This document shows positions 20,528-31,088 of a DNA stretch of 64,000 nt, in pieces. The stretch covers positions 2,368,001-2,432,000 of the forward strand of contig OZ242029.1 of NCBI GenBank assembly GCA_965205015.1, written 5' to 3'. A model generated the notes under the pieces. The model did no database searches. It saw nothing but the letters and a program-made list of their open reading frames with translations, and was not told the DNA's origin. Every line of letters begins with the position of its first letter. Positions within the stretch are counted from its first letter, which is position 1. The position numbers and the translations under genes were made by a program. Source of the DNA: Candidatus Poribacteria bacterium (GTDB lineage: Bacteria > Poribacteria > WGA-4E > WGA-3G).

Positions 20528-20618
20528 TAGCGCGTTGGAAAAAGGATTGAGTTTGAATTTTATATCAGGTATAATATATCAACGTCTTACGCAAAAATGA
20601 TATAAGGGGGTATTTCTC

Positions 20619-20945
20619 ATGGCAGAGACGCTTGAAACATTAGCAAAAAGGGTAACTCAGTTAGAAAAGGTGGTTGCAGAGATGACGCTGCAACTCTCCC
20701 GCTCCGTTGAGGTCTCGACACTTGTGGATCCAAAGAATTGCAAGGCAGCGGATGAACAGAGAACTTTTCGCATCACGGACAAACAGAATGAGGCACAAGC
20801 TATTCAGAAAATGCGTGAACATCTCGGCATTGCCGATATAGAACTCATGCCGCTTGAAGAACTTCGCAGGAGTATGGCACGTCGTGGCATCCGGGCGGAG
20901 GATAACGAGTTTAGCCGCGCCATTATTGAAGAACGCGAGAAATAG
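20619..20945 (+). CDS. Hypothetical protein (possible antitoxin-like)
   Basis: RBS aagggg; TTGAGT-N17-TATAAT promoter upstream. Confidence 0.6.
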   Translation: MAETLETLAKRVTQLEKVVAEMTLQLSRSVEVSTLVDPKNCKAADEQRTFRITDKQNEAQAIQKMREHLGIADIELMPLEELRRSMARRGIRAEDNEFSRAIIEEREK

Positions 20946-20961
20946 GGGGTGGTATCGCAGA

Positions 20962-21096
20962 ATGGCATTTAGCGATTTCAAAAAAATCTCTGAAGTCCAA
21001 GAAAAATTCAGAATCAAATATACGGCGAGCGCCTTTTTCGAGGTTGAAACAACGAAGTTTTTCAGGTTGATGAAACCCGACTTGGACCTGCAGTAA
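20962..21096 (+). pseudogene. Truncated N-terminal gene fragment (MAFSDFKKISEVQEKF...)
   Basis: RBS and a start resembling a conserved hypothetical family that I recall as much longer; stops after ~44 aa. Confidence 0.45.
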
Positions 21097-21321
21097 CGGA
21101 TACAACGCTCGGAATCAAAATAGCAGCACCGAAGAATTGGTTCTATTATAGTAAAGTTTAGAATTAATTAGACACTTTAAAGAGGCGAGGATACAATCCT
21201 CGCCAGCGGCGGAGAGGATTGTTTCGCTAAGCAACTGTCTACATATTTTTCGACTTTACTATAATCTAATCCACAAACAACAATAGGCACGCTGTAAAAG
21301 CATGCCCCCAAGGAGAAATTT

Positions 21322-21615
21322 ATGTTCAAAAAACTTTCCGCTGTGCTTCTCATCGTAGGAATGTTGTTCGTCATTGGTTGTGCGACACACATGCACAAAG
21401 TCGGGAACGGGGCACAAGGCACCGATCTGATCGAGTCACGGCAATGGTACGTGCTGTGGGGTTTGGTGCCGATCAACGAGGTTGATACACAGGCAATGGC
21501 AGGTGAGGCAACCGATTATGACATCATCACCGAGGTGAACCTGCTTGATGGTGTTATCAATGCGTTTGTCGGTACTGCCACGATCTATTGCCGCACCGTA
21601 ACTGTCCTGAAGTAA
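21322..21615 (+). CDS. Bor/Iss-like lipoprotein
   Basis: Lipobox VIGC; WYVLWGL; aaggag RBS. Confidence 0.7.
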   Translation: MFKKLSAVLLIVGMLFVIGCATHMHKVGNGAQGTDLIESRQWYVLWGLVPINEVDTQAMAGEATDYDIITEVNLLDGVINAFVGTATIYCRTVTVLK

Positions 21616-21695
21616 CCTATCGCTGGTTCAAACAACCCACAGGCAAAGTAGGTGTCTGTCTTAGCGTTAGACACTACTTTGCCATATCCGACCCT

Positions 21696-22769
21696 TCACG
21701 GCACCAACTGCACCTTAATCGAATCCGACCCTTCCTGAACCATCTCGAACCCCGTAAGATAATCTTCCAACGACAGTTGATGCGTCACAATATGCTCGAC
21801 CTCAATGAGACCGCGGTGGATGTAATCAATCGCCAGTGGATACGCATACGGACCTAAGTGCGAACCGTGGATGTTTAACTCCTTTGTGTCACCAATGATC
21901 GTCCAGTCCACGGTTACCGGCTCCCGCATGACACTGAATTCGACGAAAGTGCCCGCCTTCCGAATCATGTGCAGTCCCTGCTCAACCGCCTTCGGATGTC
22001 CCGTTGCCTCAATATAGACATCGCATCCGTAGCCTTCTGTGAGGTCTAACACCTCTTGAACAGCATCCGTTTCTGATGGGTTAATCCCGATATCCGCTCC
22101 CAACTTTTTGGCGACCTCCAACCGGTTTGGCATCAAATCTATGGCGATAAGCACCCCCGGATTTTTTAACTTCGCCGCACCGATCATACCGAGTCCGAGC
22201 GTGCCTGCTCCCGCAACCACGACAACATCACCGAACTCGATGTTCCCTCGTTGCACGGCATGAATAGAACAAGCGAGCGGTTCAATCATCGCTGCACTCG
22301 CCGTTGGGATATCGGACGGGACTTTGTAAACAAGCGAGCGCGCCGGAAACTTCATATAGTCCGCCATACCACCGTTCACAACAGGTTGAAACCCGTAGAT
22401 GTTGTGGACTTGGCAGAGCCAATACTTCCCGGTTCGACAATACCGACACTCCCAACACGGAACTATCTGCTCTGCGATAGCCGTATCACCGATTTCAAGT
22501 TTGTACTTCTCACCTGCCCCTGGACCGAGTTCCACGACTTCACCGATGAATTCGTGTCCGGCAATAACGGGTGCCTCTACGTAGGGTTTTCGGTGTTTAT
22601 CGCCCCAGAAAAGTGGCGCGCCTGTATAACACTTAATGTCGCTGGCACAAACCCCGCATGCGTTCACCTTAATGACGACTTCACCGGGACCCGCTTCCGG
22701 CAGTGGCACCTCTTCGAGGCGGTAATCCCAGGGTTCGCGACACATAATCGCTCGCATCGTTTTCGACAT
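21696..22769 (-). CDS. Zn-dependent polyol dehydrogenase (erythritol/threitol dehydrogenase-like)
   Basis: CASD, GHE, CWECRYC..C, GAGTLG. Confidence 0.9.
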   Translation of the reverse strand: MSKTMRAIMCREPWDYRLEEVPLPEAGPGEVVIKVNACGVCASDIKCYTGAPLFWGDKHRKPYVEAPVIAGHEFIGEVVELGPGAGEKYKLEIGDTAIAEQIVPCWECRYCRTGKYWLCQVHNIYGFQPVVNGGMADYMKFPARSLVYKVPSDIPTASAAMIEPLACSIHAVQRGNIEFGDVVVVAGAGTLGLGMIGAAKLKNPGVLIAIDLMPNRLEVAKKLGADIGINPSETDAVQEVLDLTEGYGCDVYIEATGHPKAVEQGLHMIRKAGTFVEFSVMREPVTVDWTIIGDTKELNIHGSHLGPYAYPLAIDYIHRGLIEVEHIVTHQLSLEDYLTGFEMVQEGSDSIKVQLVP

Positions 22770-22961
22770 TTTTCTAACTATGGCCTCCCAGCCTGCCCTC
22801 CACTTCGTTCGTTAAGAGCGGATTTTCAGTAAGTCTTGTACACGAGGGGACGCGAAGGATCCGCGAAAGAAACAAGGCACGTAGCACGTAATGTAATGGA
22901 GTGCGGATTTAAGGAATGCATTTGATAGTCTTAGCCCACGTGGTTCCTCCGCAAGGTATAA

Positions 22962-23474
22962 TTAAAAAACGTGCAAGATGTGGTAGGCGGCGACTCCGAG
23001 TGAGACATGAACGTTCAGTGAGGCGCCTGCGCCGTACATCGGAAGATAAACTACCATATCACAGGCAGCAAGGGTCCGTTTCGTTACCCCGTGATCCTCG
23101 TGTCCCACGATGAGACAGATTTTATCTGGATAGTCTATTTCATCGTAACGGACCGATTGCTCGGTAACTTCTAAGGCGCAACTCGTGTAACCCTCTGCTT
23201 TGAGGGATAGAATCGCGTCCGCTGCCTGCTCTATGTACCGCCATTTCACGCGTCGGTGTTTCCCGCGCGCCACTTTACGCACCAATGGGTGGGGCGGTTG
23301 TGCGCTGATACCTGTTAAAATCAGTTCTTTCACGCGGCAGGCATCCGCTATCCGAAACGCGGAACCGACATTCACCGGGTCTTGTACGTCTTGTAGAATA
23401 AAAACCAGTTCTTTTTCCGGCGGTTTCGCCTGCTTCAAAAAGTCTTTAAGCGGTTTGCCACGTAACTGTTTCAT
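22962..23474 (-). CDS. TrmH/SpoU RNA methyltransferase
   Basis: DPVNVGSAFR, VGHEDHGV, SLNVHVS. Confidence 0.9.
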   Translation of the reverse strand: MKQLRGKPLKDFLKQAKPPEKELVFILQDVQDPVNVGSAFRIADACRVKELILTGISAQPPHPLVRKVARGKHRRVKWRYIEQAADAILSLKAEGYTSCALEVTEQSVRYDEIDYPDKICLIVGHEDHGVTKRTLAACDMVVYLPMYGAGASLNVHVSLGVAAYHILHVF

Positions 23475-23481
23475 CCGAATT

Positions 23482-24270
23482 TTAAGCCGCTTTACGTTGT
23501 ATCAAACGGCGTCTTGCACTCGCACGGGCAAGCCCGACATCCAACGTGATGTGGGGATAATCGCTGATGCCGAGGTTGATCGCATGTGTCGTTTCGAGGT
23601 TAAAGCCCCATTCGATCCATTCCGGCATATCCGCCTCTGGAATATCACCAGCGACGATAACTTTCATGATACTGATGCCTTTACCGAGCGAATACGCGCG
23701 TTCAATGTATTCCAGATGCCGGTCAAAGGGACCGCCTTCTAACATCTTACCCTCTTTATTTGCCGTTGTCAGAATGACATCAATTTCTGGATGGTCAATT
23801 ACCGCATCCATCACGGGACCCGTATAGATATGCGTGGAACAGCCGATGACTCGGATCTTGCCAGCCGCTTTCGCTTCTCGGAAGGCATCAAGTGCGCCCT
23901 CTCGTGATGTTAAATCTTCAGGTGAGGAAATGCCGTGCAGTAATAGAACATCTAAGTAATCCGTTTGCATTTCCTGAAGAGAACGTGTAATACTTACCTT
24001 GGCGCCTTCATAATCTTTTGCACCGGTTTTCGTTTGAATGACAACTTCATCTCGAGAAATTTGACGGACTGCCTCCCCAAGGTGCGGCTGGCTCCCATAA
24101 CCTTCGGCAGTGTCCCAAAACGTAATCCCTTCGTCAAGTGCCTTCAACATCAATTTACCACCGGCTTCGTAGTTTTCGCAGGTGTTGTTGAGATGTCCTG
24201 CCCCGAAACAGAGGCGTGAGATTTCTAAACCTGTTTTTCCGTATGCTAAATATTCCATGTTGTCCTCCAC
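23482..24270 (-). CDS. Aldo/keto reductase
   Basis: GKTGLEISRLCFG, DTAEGYG, QTK, YLDVLLLH. Confidence 0.9.
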   Translation of the reverse strand: MEDNMEYLAYGKTGLEISRLCFGAGHLNNTCENYEAGGKLMLKALDEGITFWDTAEGYGSQPHLGEAVRQISRDEVVIQTKTGAKDYEGAKVSITRSLQEMQTDYLDVLLLHGISSPEDLTSREGALDAFREAKAAGKIRVIGCSTHIYTGPVMDAVIDHPEIDVILTTANKEGKMLEGGPFDRHLEYIERAYSLGKGISIMKVIVAGDIPEADMPEWIEWGFNLETTHAINLGISDYPHITLDVGLARASARRRLIQRKAA

Positions 24271-24556
24271 GTCCAGTCGCTATTCACTTCAGGAGCCCTT
24301 ATTTAATAGTTTTCAGCGCGAGTTATTACGCGACCCTTTGAGTCGTCAGTTAAAGTCTGCACTATGATTTCCATGATTATTGAAGATTCCATCATCATGG
24401 TAATCACATAAATTAATAAATCTTGGTCAAAACTGGTTCAGATATTCTTGTGTATACTTTAACCGAATTTTGCTAAAAAATGCAACCCTTTTTTCTTGGT
24501 AACAAATCGCTTTTCAGGTATCATAAGAAGAGCGCTCGAACGTTGCGGAGGTATGA

Positions 24557-25768
24557 TTGATGACCAAGCGTTATTCCTTGCGAGAAAACAGTCTGGAGAG
24601 CCGCATCGACTTAGCCCCAGAGGGGCGGCATGTGTATAGGGGACGTACAATTTTCCATAATACCCCTACCGAAATCGTCCTTGCCGACGGACGCGTTCAA
24701 ACAATTCACGAAGTAGACGCCGGCAACGGCAGCACATGGATCGCACCTGCCTTGATAGATATTCAAGTGAACGGTTTCGCTGGATTCGATCTCAATGTTG
24801 CTATCGTTACGTCGGATGATGTGCTTGCGATGGTCCGCGCCCTCTGGCGGGTCGGTACCGGCTTCTTGTGCCCGACAGTCGTGACCGGTTCTTTCGACGG
24901 AATCAGCAATTCTCTTCGTGCCATTCTGAAAGCGTGTAAAGCGGATTCACGTGTGGCACACTCGATGCTTGGGATTCATCTTGAGGGACCCTATATCTCC
25001 GCCGAAGATGGACCGCGAGGGGCACATCCATTAGAGCATGTTAGAGAACCAAATTGGGACGAGTTTCAGCAGTGGCAGGACATTGCCGAAGGACACATCA
25101 CCATCGTAACGCTCGCCCCTGAGAAAAAGGGTGCCATCCCATTTATTGAAAAACTGGTTGCGAATGGGGTTGTTGTCGCATTGGGACATACAAATGCTAC
25201 GGCGGACGATATTCAAGCAGCAATTGACGCTGGTGCCAGACTTTCCACACATCTCGGCAACGGTGCGCACGCCTTAATCCGTCGCCATCCGAATTATATT
25301 TGGGAGCAACTCGGTGCCGATGAACTCTGGGCAAGCCTCATTGTTGATGGACATCACTTGCCCCCTACTGTCGCTAAATCAATGATACGCGCCAAGACGC
25401 TTGATCGGTGTCTTCTGGTCAGCGATGCTGTCGCTTTAGCGGGAATGAAACCGGGTATCTATCAGTTTGCAGGAAAATCGGTGGAGTTAACCGCAGAACG
25501 GTGTGTCCGATTGGTCGGGACAGAGTATCTCGCGGGTTCTGCCATTGAATTGGCACGTGGTATTGAGAACAGTGTCCGGTTCGCAGGTATCTCCCTTGAG
25601 GAAGCAGTCTCGCTCGCCACGCTACAACCGATGCGACTCCTCAACGCGGAAAAACGGGTAGAGGCGCAGACGAACCTGATTCTCTTTGAATGGGACGCCG
25701 CACAATGCCAAATCAATCTACTGGCGACAATTATTGGAGACGAATTGGTATATCCTTCAGAGGCTTGA
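24557..25768 (+). CDS. nagA: N-acetylglucosamine-6-phosphate deacetylase (start possibly GTG 24632)
   Basis: DIQVNG, HLEGPY, GAH, LAPE, GHT, THLGN, DGHH, VSDA, LAGS. Confidence 0.88.
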   Translation: MMTKRYSLRENSLESRIDLAPEGRHVYRGRTIFHNTPTEIVLADGRVQTIHEVDAGNGSTWIAPALIDIQVNGFAGFDLNVAIVTSDDVLAMVRALWRVGTGFLCPTVVTGSFDGISNSLRAILKACKADSRVAHSMLGIHLEGPYISAEDGPRGAHPLEHVREPNWDEFQQWQDIAEGHITIVTLAPEKKGAIPFIEKLVANGVVVALGHTNATADDIQAAIDAGARLSTHLGNGAHALIRRHPNYIWEQLGADELWASLIVDGHHLPPTVAKSMIRAKTLDRCLLVSDAVALAGMKPGIYQFAGKSVELTAERCVRLVGTEYLAGSAIELARGIENSVRFAGISLEEAVSLATLQPMRLLNAEKRVEAQTNLILFEWDAAQCQINLLATIIGDELVYPSEA

Positions 25769-25826
25769 TCTGTGGAATGAGAATTAGTCCGAAACCCAAG
25801 CCCGTAAGCGTAGTGGAGGGCGACTC

Positions 25827-27443
25827 GTGAGAAGGGCCGTCAAAGATGAAACCCACATTCTTCATCCGCAAAGTAAAATTAAAAATTGGTTTGTAGGGAG
25901 TCTTTTCGCCTTCTGTTTCGTGGTATCACTTAGCGCGCAGCAAACGGATCAAGCGGAAACTGAATACTATGCTCGCGGGATGCGCGCAATCCAGTTAGGG
26001 CTTTACGATGAAGCAATCAGTGCTTTTCAACAGGTCTTGCAGCTGAACCCACAAAATGCCGAGGCGTACTGCGAACTCGGTGCGGCTTACAGGCTCAAGG
26101 AAAAAACCGACCAGGCGTTGGAGGCATATCTCTATGCTTTGGAATTGCCAGCGTCCCCGCAAACCCATGGGGTCGCGCATCTCTGTTTGGCACGGCTTTA
26201 CCATTCACAAGGAAAATTCACAGCCGCTGAAAACCACGGGCAACACGCTACGAACCTACTTCCGAGAAATGCCGAACCCTTTTTTCGGCTCGCGGATACA
26301 TACGTACAAAGGGGAAAGTTGGCGTTGGCGCAACGTATGTATCACCAAGCACTGGCATTGGATAAAAACCTTGCATCGGTCTACCAGGGATTGGGCAAAA
26401 TTGCGTTCCTACGGGATAGATTAGAGGAAGCCGCTCAGTATTACCAGAAGTCTCTTACGCTCGCGCCGTATCACGCCGAGACCTATTACAACCTCGGACT
26501 CGTTTATCGGCGTTTGGGACAGCGTTCCGTAGGCGGGGTTTCTAACCCCGATGCCTTACAGAATCTCGCGGAAGCGAAAAATCTGATGACCTCTTTCCAA
26601 CGGGTGAAAACTTATAACGAGCAGACGAACCGATATCGCAGGATCTTGCTGGAGCAACCAACTGCCTTGGAGCCGCGTGTAAAGTTGGCAGAGGCACACA
26701 TTGAAATGGGCAACTCTAAGGAGGCGATTCGTGTTTATCAAATCGCTACTGCGTTGCATCCCAAGAGACTCCCGCTTTATCACAATTTAGGTGGACTTTA
26801 CATGCAGACGGGACAGTTAGCAGCGGCAGTTTCAGCTTTTCAACGTCTTATTGCGCTTGATGATACAGACGCTGAAGCACATCTCCATCTCGGTTGGTTG
26901 CACGCTCGTCAACGCAAGTTCACTGAAGCACAGACTTACCTCCAGACGGCGATTCAACAAGATAAAAATTTAATTTCTGCCTACTATGGTCTGGCAGAGG
27001 TCTACGCACAACAAGGGTTGTTTGCCGATGCGATTGCTGTTTACCAACAATTGACGTCTATCCATCCCGATGAAGCAAAGGCATGGGTACGACAGGGGGT
27101 ACTTCATCTCAAACAGCAACGGGTTTCAGACGCTATTCTCGCTTTTACGCAGGCAATTGCCGTGGATGAAAACTCGGCAGATGCGCATAACAACTTGGCG
27201 TGGCTCTATGCATCGCAAGGGAAACAGTTGAAGCGCGCCGTTGAATTGGCGGAACGTGCTGTCGCTTTAGACGCGAATGCCGCTCGCTTGGACACGCTCG
27301 CTTACGCATACTACCGCTATGGCGCATACGCGCAGGCGGAGCAGGCTATCTTACGCGCAATCGACTTAGAACCGAAAAATACCACCTACAAAGACCGCTT
27401 GAACGAGATTCGGCAGGCGATGGAGGAAGCAAAAAAGCAGTGA
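25827..27443 (+). CDS. Secreted multi-TPR protein
   Basis: Signal-like hydrophobic stretch and more than 10 TPR-like repeats; start uncertain. Confidence 0.88.
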   Translation: MRRAVKDETHILHPQSKIKNWFVGSLFAFCFVVSLSAQQTDQAETEYYARGMRAIQLGLYDEAISAFQQVLQLNPQNAEAYCELGAAYRLKEKTDQALEAYLYALELPASPQTHGVAHLCLARLYHSQGKFTAAENHGQHATNLLPRNAEPFFRLADTYVQRGKLALAQRMYHQALALDKNLASVYQGLGKIAFLRDRLEEAAQYYQKSLTLAPYHAETYYNLGLVYRRLGQRSVGGVSNPDALQNLAEAKNLMTSFQRVKTYNEQTNRYRRILLEQPTALEPRVKLAEAHIEMGNSKEAIRVYQIATALHPKRLPLYHNLGGLYMQTGQLAAAVSAFQRLIALDDTDAEAHLHLGWLHARQRKFTEAQTYLQTAIQQDKNLISAYYGLAEVYAQQGLFADAIAVYQQLTSIHPDEAKAWVRQGVLHLKQQRVSDAILAFTQAIAVDENSADAHNNLAWLYASQGKQLKRAVELAERAVALDANAARLDTLAYAYYRYGAYAQAEQAILRAIDLEPKNTTYKDRLNEIRQAMEEAKKQ

Positions 27444-29098
27444 TGTGCTATCTTCGTTTTTCTTTCCTTATGTGTGCCTTTCTCGTGTCATCTGTGGCAT
27501 ATCCCGTCACTTTCGTCGAGGTCGCTGAAAAGTCTGGGGTTCACTTCAAGCATACCGATGGTGAAAGCGGTAAACGCCTCTTTAATGAGCAATACGGGTC
27601 GGGCGGCGGCTTCTTCGATTACGATAATGACGGATATCTGGACCTCTATCTTATCAATGCCCGTCCGCAGGGAAAGCAAACGGCATCCATTCCGCTCCCT
27701 ACGAATGTTCTCTACCACAACAACGGTGATGGCTCTTTTACGGATGTCACCCGTGTCGCAGGCGTAGGCGATACCCGCTACGGTGTCGGCGCAACCACCG
27801 GTGATTACGATAACGATGGCGACGTAGACCTTTATCTAACCAACTTCGGGAGCAATGCGCTTTATCGTAATAACGGAGATGGCACTTTCACGGATGTCGC
27901 AGCCGCCGCACAGGTCGCGGATGCTGGGTGGGGGGCGAGTTGTGCCTTTGCTGACTTTGACAACGATGGGTTTCTTGAACTCTATGTGAGCAATTATGCG
28001 AAATACACCCCTGACGCGGATAAACCGTGTTATCGACACGATATTCCGGTCTACTGTGGTCCCAGTTCTTATCCCCCGCAACCGGATGTATTGTATCGTA
28101 ATAACGGGAATGGCACTTTTACGGATCTAACCGAACAGAACGGTTTGTTAAGTGTCCCTGCTGCACACGGTCTCGGCGTTGCCATTGGAGACAGTGATAA
28201 CGATGGTGACATTGACATCTATGTCGCCAACGATCAGGATTTCAACTTCCTCTTTGAAAATCGCGGCGATGGCACCTTTGAAGAGGCAGGGTTGCTCTCC
28301 GGTGTCAGCTGCAGCGATACGGGAAAAGCGGAAGCAGGGATGGGGATTGCCTTCGCAGATTACGACAATGATGGCAAGTTGGACCTCACCGTCAGTAACT
28401 TCCAGAACGAGACGAACACCCTCTACCACAATGAAGGCGACAACTTTTTCATTGATAGCACGATTCCCGCGGGTGTTGCTGAACACACGCATCGTTACCT
28501 CGGTTGGGGCATCGGTTTTCTCGATTACGATAATGACGGCTACAAGGATATATTCGTCGCAAACGGACATACGATGGATAACATCGCCGAGGTCGATCGA
28601 TCCACGACGACACCACAGCAGAACTTACTCTTTCGGAATTTAGGGGATGGGAAATTTGCGAATGTCACGGCACAGATGGGAGCGGGTTTCGCACTGCGTA
28701 AAACAAGCCGTGCCGCTGCTTTTGGCGATTATGACAACGATGGCGACATTGATATCCTCATCACAAACTGGAATCAGACCGTTGACCTCCTAAGGAATGA
28801 GGGCGGGAACCGAAACAACTGGATACAGGTGCAAGCGGTTGGCACGAAAAGTAACCGCTCCGGTATCGGCGCACGTATCAAAGTTGTTACGGGTGAACTC
28901 ACGCAGTATGCAGAGGTGAAGAGTAGCGGAAGTTATCTCGCATTCAGCGATCTTCGGGTTCACTTTGGACTGAAAGATGCTGAAAGCATTGACCTGTTGG
29001 AGATTCGTTGGAACAGTGGGATCGTTGATACCGCAACCAATCTTCCGGTGAATCGACGATTTATCGCGGTAGAGGGGAAAGAAATTATTTCAGAATAA
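27440..29098 (+). CDS. CRTAC1-family FG-GAP/ASPIC-UnbV protein
   Basis: Repeated DYDNDG motifs and C-terminal RVHFGL. Confidence 0.92.
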   Translation: MMCYLRFSFLMCAFLVSSVAYPVTFVEVAEKSGVHFKHTDGESGKRLFNEQYGSGGGFFDYDNDGYLDLYLINARPQGKQTASIPLPTNVLYHNNGDGSFTDVTRVAGVGDTRYGVGATTGDYDNDGDVDLYLTNFGSNALYRNNGDGTFTDVAAAAQVADAGWGASCAFADFDNDGFLELYVSNYAKYTPDADKPCYRHDIPVYCGPSSYPPQPDVLYRNNGNGTFTDLTEQNGLLSVPAAHGLGVAIGDSDNDGDIDIYVANDQDFNFLFENRGDGTFEEAGLLSGVSCSDTGKAEAGMGIAFADYDNDGKLDLTVSNFQNETNTLYHNEGDNFFIDSTIPAGVAEHTHRYLGWGIGFLDYDNDGYKDIFVANGHTMDNIAEVDRSTTTPQQNLLFRNLGDGKFANVTAQMGAGFALRKTSRAAAFGDYDNDGDIDILITNWNQTVDLLRNEGGNRNNWIQVQAVGTKSNRSGIGARIKVVTGELTQYAEVKSSGSYLAFSDLRVHFGLKDAESIDLLEIRWNSGIVDTATNLPVNRRFIAVEGKEIISE

Positions 29099-29235
29099 CA
29101 ATTTTAATTTTTTGTTGAAAAAAAAGTAAAATTTTGTATAATGGGGACATGACATACAGCAAAATACGTAGATATGTCTTTACGTAGGTTGTTGGAACAA
29201 TTCAATGTAAGTTTCAAATTAGGAGGGAAATTGTA

Positions 29236-30069
29236 ATGAAATTGGTTATTGTAATCTTCGCTATTGCCGTATTGGCGATCGGCATTTCAGTTTCTGCGTT
29301 CGCAGACCTAAATGACGGCGTCATTGCTGCCTGGACTTTTGACGATGGCAAGGTAACGGATGCGATAGGAGATGCGCACGGAGAACTCTTTAAGGCGGCT
29401 AAAATTATTAACAAAGGAAAATTCGGCAAGGCATTGGATGTTGATGGAAGTGACGATACGCGTGCGGACATTGAGTTCAACGATGATCTTGAGAAAGCGA
29501 TTGAAGGAGCGCATACCGTTTCTTATTGGCTCTTCGTCCGAAACGGTGCAAATCACTCCGGCGTTTGGAAAGGCGAAAAGGTCGGCTGGGGGGCACACTT
29601 CACCTTTCGTATGGTGACGACCAGTAGTACCGGTCTGACCTGGGGAACAACAAGTGGAGGCACCGAAAATTGGTTCGCCACAGATGGTGCCATTGAAGCC
29701 GATAAGTGGTTCCATCTCTGCCAGACGGTAGATGGTGAGGAGGCAATTGGATACGTAACACCAGAGGGCGGGAAAACCGAAATACCTGTCAGTGGCCAAG
29801 GTAACCCCAAAGCCTCACCGGAACCTTACAACCTTTTTCCAGATCGTCCTTTGGAACTCGGGGCAGGCAGACAGATTGGTGGAAACCAAGGAAACGACAT
29901 GTTCCTTGATGGAATCATCGATGATGTTATCATCTGGGACCGTGCCCTCTCTGAAGATGAAGTCAAGGAACTCGGGAGCGGTAAACGTCCAGAGAAAGCA
30001 CTCGCCGTGAAAGCGGAAGGCAAGTTAGCCACTACCTGGGGAAAGGTTAAATCCTATCACCATCGCTAA
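29236..30069 (+). CDS. Secreted LamG-like jellyroll protein
   Basis: Signal peptide, WTFDDG, GIIDDVIIWDRALS; C-terminal AVKAEGKLATTWGKVK. Confidence 0.9.
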   Translation: MKLVIVIFAIAVLAIGISVSAFADLNDGVIAAWTFDDGKVTDAIGDAHGELFKAAKIINKGKFGKALDVDGSDDTRADIEFNDDLEKAIEGAHTVSYWLFVRNGANHSGVWKGEKVGWGAHFTFRMVTTSSTGLTWGTTSGGTENWFATDGAIEADKWFHLCQTVDGEEAIGYVTPEGGKTEIPVSGQGNPKASPEPYNLFPDRPLELGAGRQIGGNQGNDMFLDGIIDDVIIWDRALSEDEVKELGSGKRPEKALAVKAEGKLATTWGKVKSYHHR

Positions 30070-30157
30070 GCACGATTAAGAAACTAAAGAATAGCGCGGG
30101 TTTGTGAGATTCTACCGCAAACCCGCTTGATAAGGTTAAAACGATAAGGAGCTTATC

Positions 30158-30997
30158 ATGAAGCAAATTTGTCTGTTTTTCATTTTAGCACTTATAGTAT
30201 TCAGTGCCAATAGTTACGCCGGGCTTGAAGACGGTCTCGTCTCCGCGTGGACCTTTGACGATGGCACGGCAAACGATGCCGTCGGAGATAACGATGGCGA
30301 ATTTGTGAACGGTGCCAGCACCACAGACGGGGAATTTGGCATGGCACTTAACCTTGAAAACCCCGAGAATCCGGCAACGGGTGATAATAGCGGACAGTAT
30401 GTTGAAATCCCGTCGTCGTCAAGTCTTGAAAAAGAGGATGGTGTCTTTTCTGTGTCCTTATGGGTCTACGTCAGACCCGACGGTGGCAGAAACCATGCCG
30501 GGATGTTCTTCAAAGGCGATAAGGTCGGCTGGGGTGACCACTTCATGGTCCGGATGTGCACCACAAGTGACACCAACATGACTTGGGGCAGCTGCTGGGA
30601 AGGTAGTGAAGGTTGGTTCGCTACTGACAACGTTTACGCAGTGGAGGAGTGGGTTCACGTCGCTTACGTTGTTGATGGTTCAGAAGCAACAGCGTACGTT
30701 ACCTCTTCCGTTACCGGTGATACTGCGGTCCCTGCCAGTGGACAGTCCAATCCAAGGTCGATTGAGACTCCGCTACTGACGTTCCCAGAGCGTCCGGTTG
30801 AAATCGGTGTCGGACGGCAAGTCGGCGGCGATGCAGGCAACGACTTCTGGCTTGATGGCATGATTGATGAGGTCTACTTCTGGGAGCGCGCGCTTAGTGA
30901 AGACGAAGTACGTGACCTTGCCGGTGGCGCGACTGTCGTTGCTGTGGAGGCACAAGGTAAACTCGCGACTACATGGGCACAGGTCAAGAAACGCTAA
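30158..30997 (+). CDS. Secreted LamG-like jellyroll protein (paralogue of the preceding gene)
   Basis: Same motifs; C-terminal AVEAQGKLATTWAQVK. Confidence 0.9.
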   Translation: MKQICLFFILALIVFSANSYAGLEDGLVSAWTFDDGTANDAVGDNDGEFVNGASTTDGEFGMALNLENPENPATGDNSGQYVEIPSSSSLEKEDGVFSVSLWVYVRPDGGRNHAGMFFKGDKVGWGDHFMVRMCTTSDTNMTWGSCWEGSEGWFATDNVYAVEEWVHVAYVVDGSEATAYVTSSVTGDTAVPASGQSNPRSIETPLLTFPERPVEIGVGRQVGGDAGNDFWLDGMIDEVYFWERALSEDEVRDLAGGATVVAVEAQGKLATTWAQVKKR

Positions 30998-31011
30998 GTG
31001 TTATTAACCTG

Positions 31012-31057
31012 AAACAGAAAGGCTCTGGGTTTCATGAATCCAGAGCCTTTCTGTTTA
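31012..31057 (+). terminator. Intrinsic terminator
   Basis: aaacagaaaggctctgg-loop-ccagagcctttctgttt. Confidence 0.8.
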
Positions 31058-31088
31058 TCAAATACCGCCATGTCGGAGGGGATACGCA

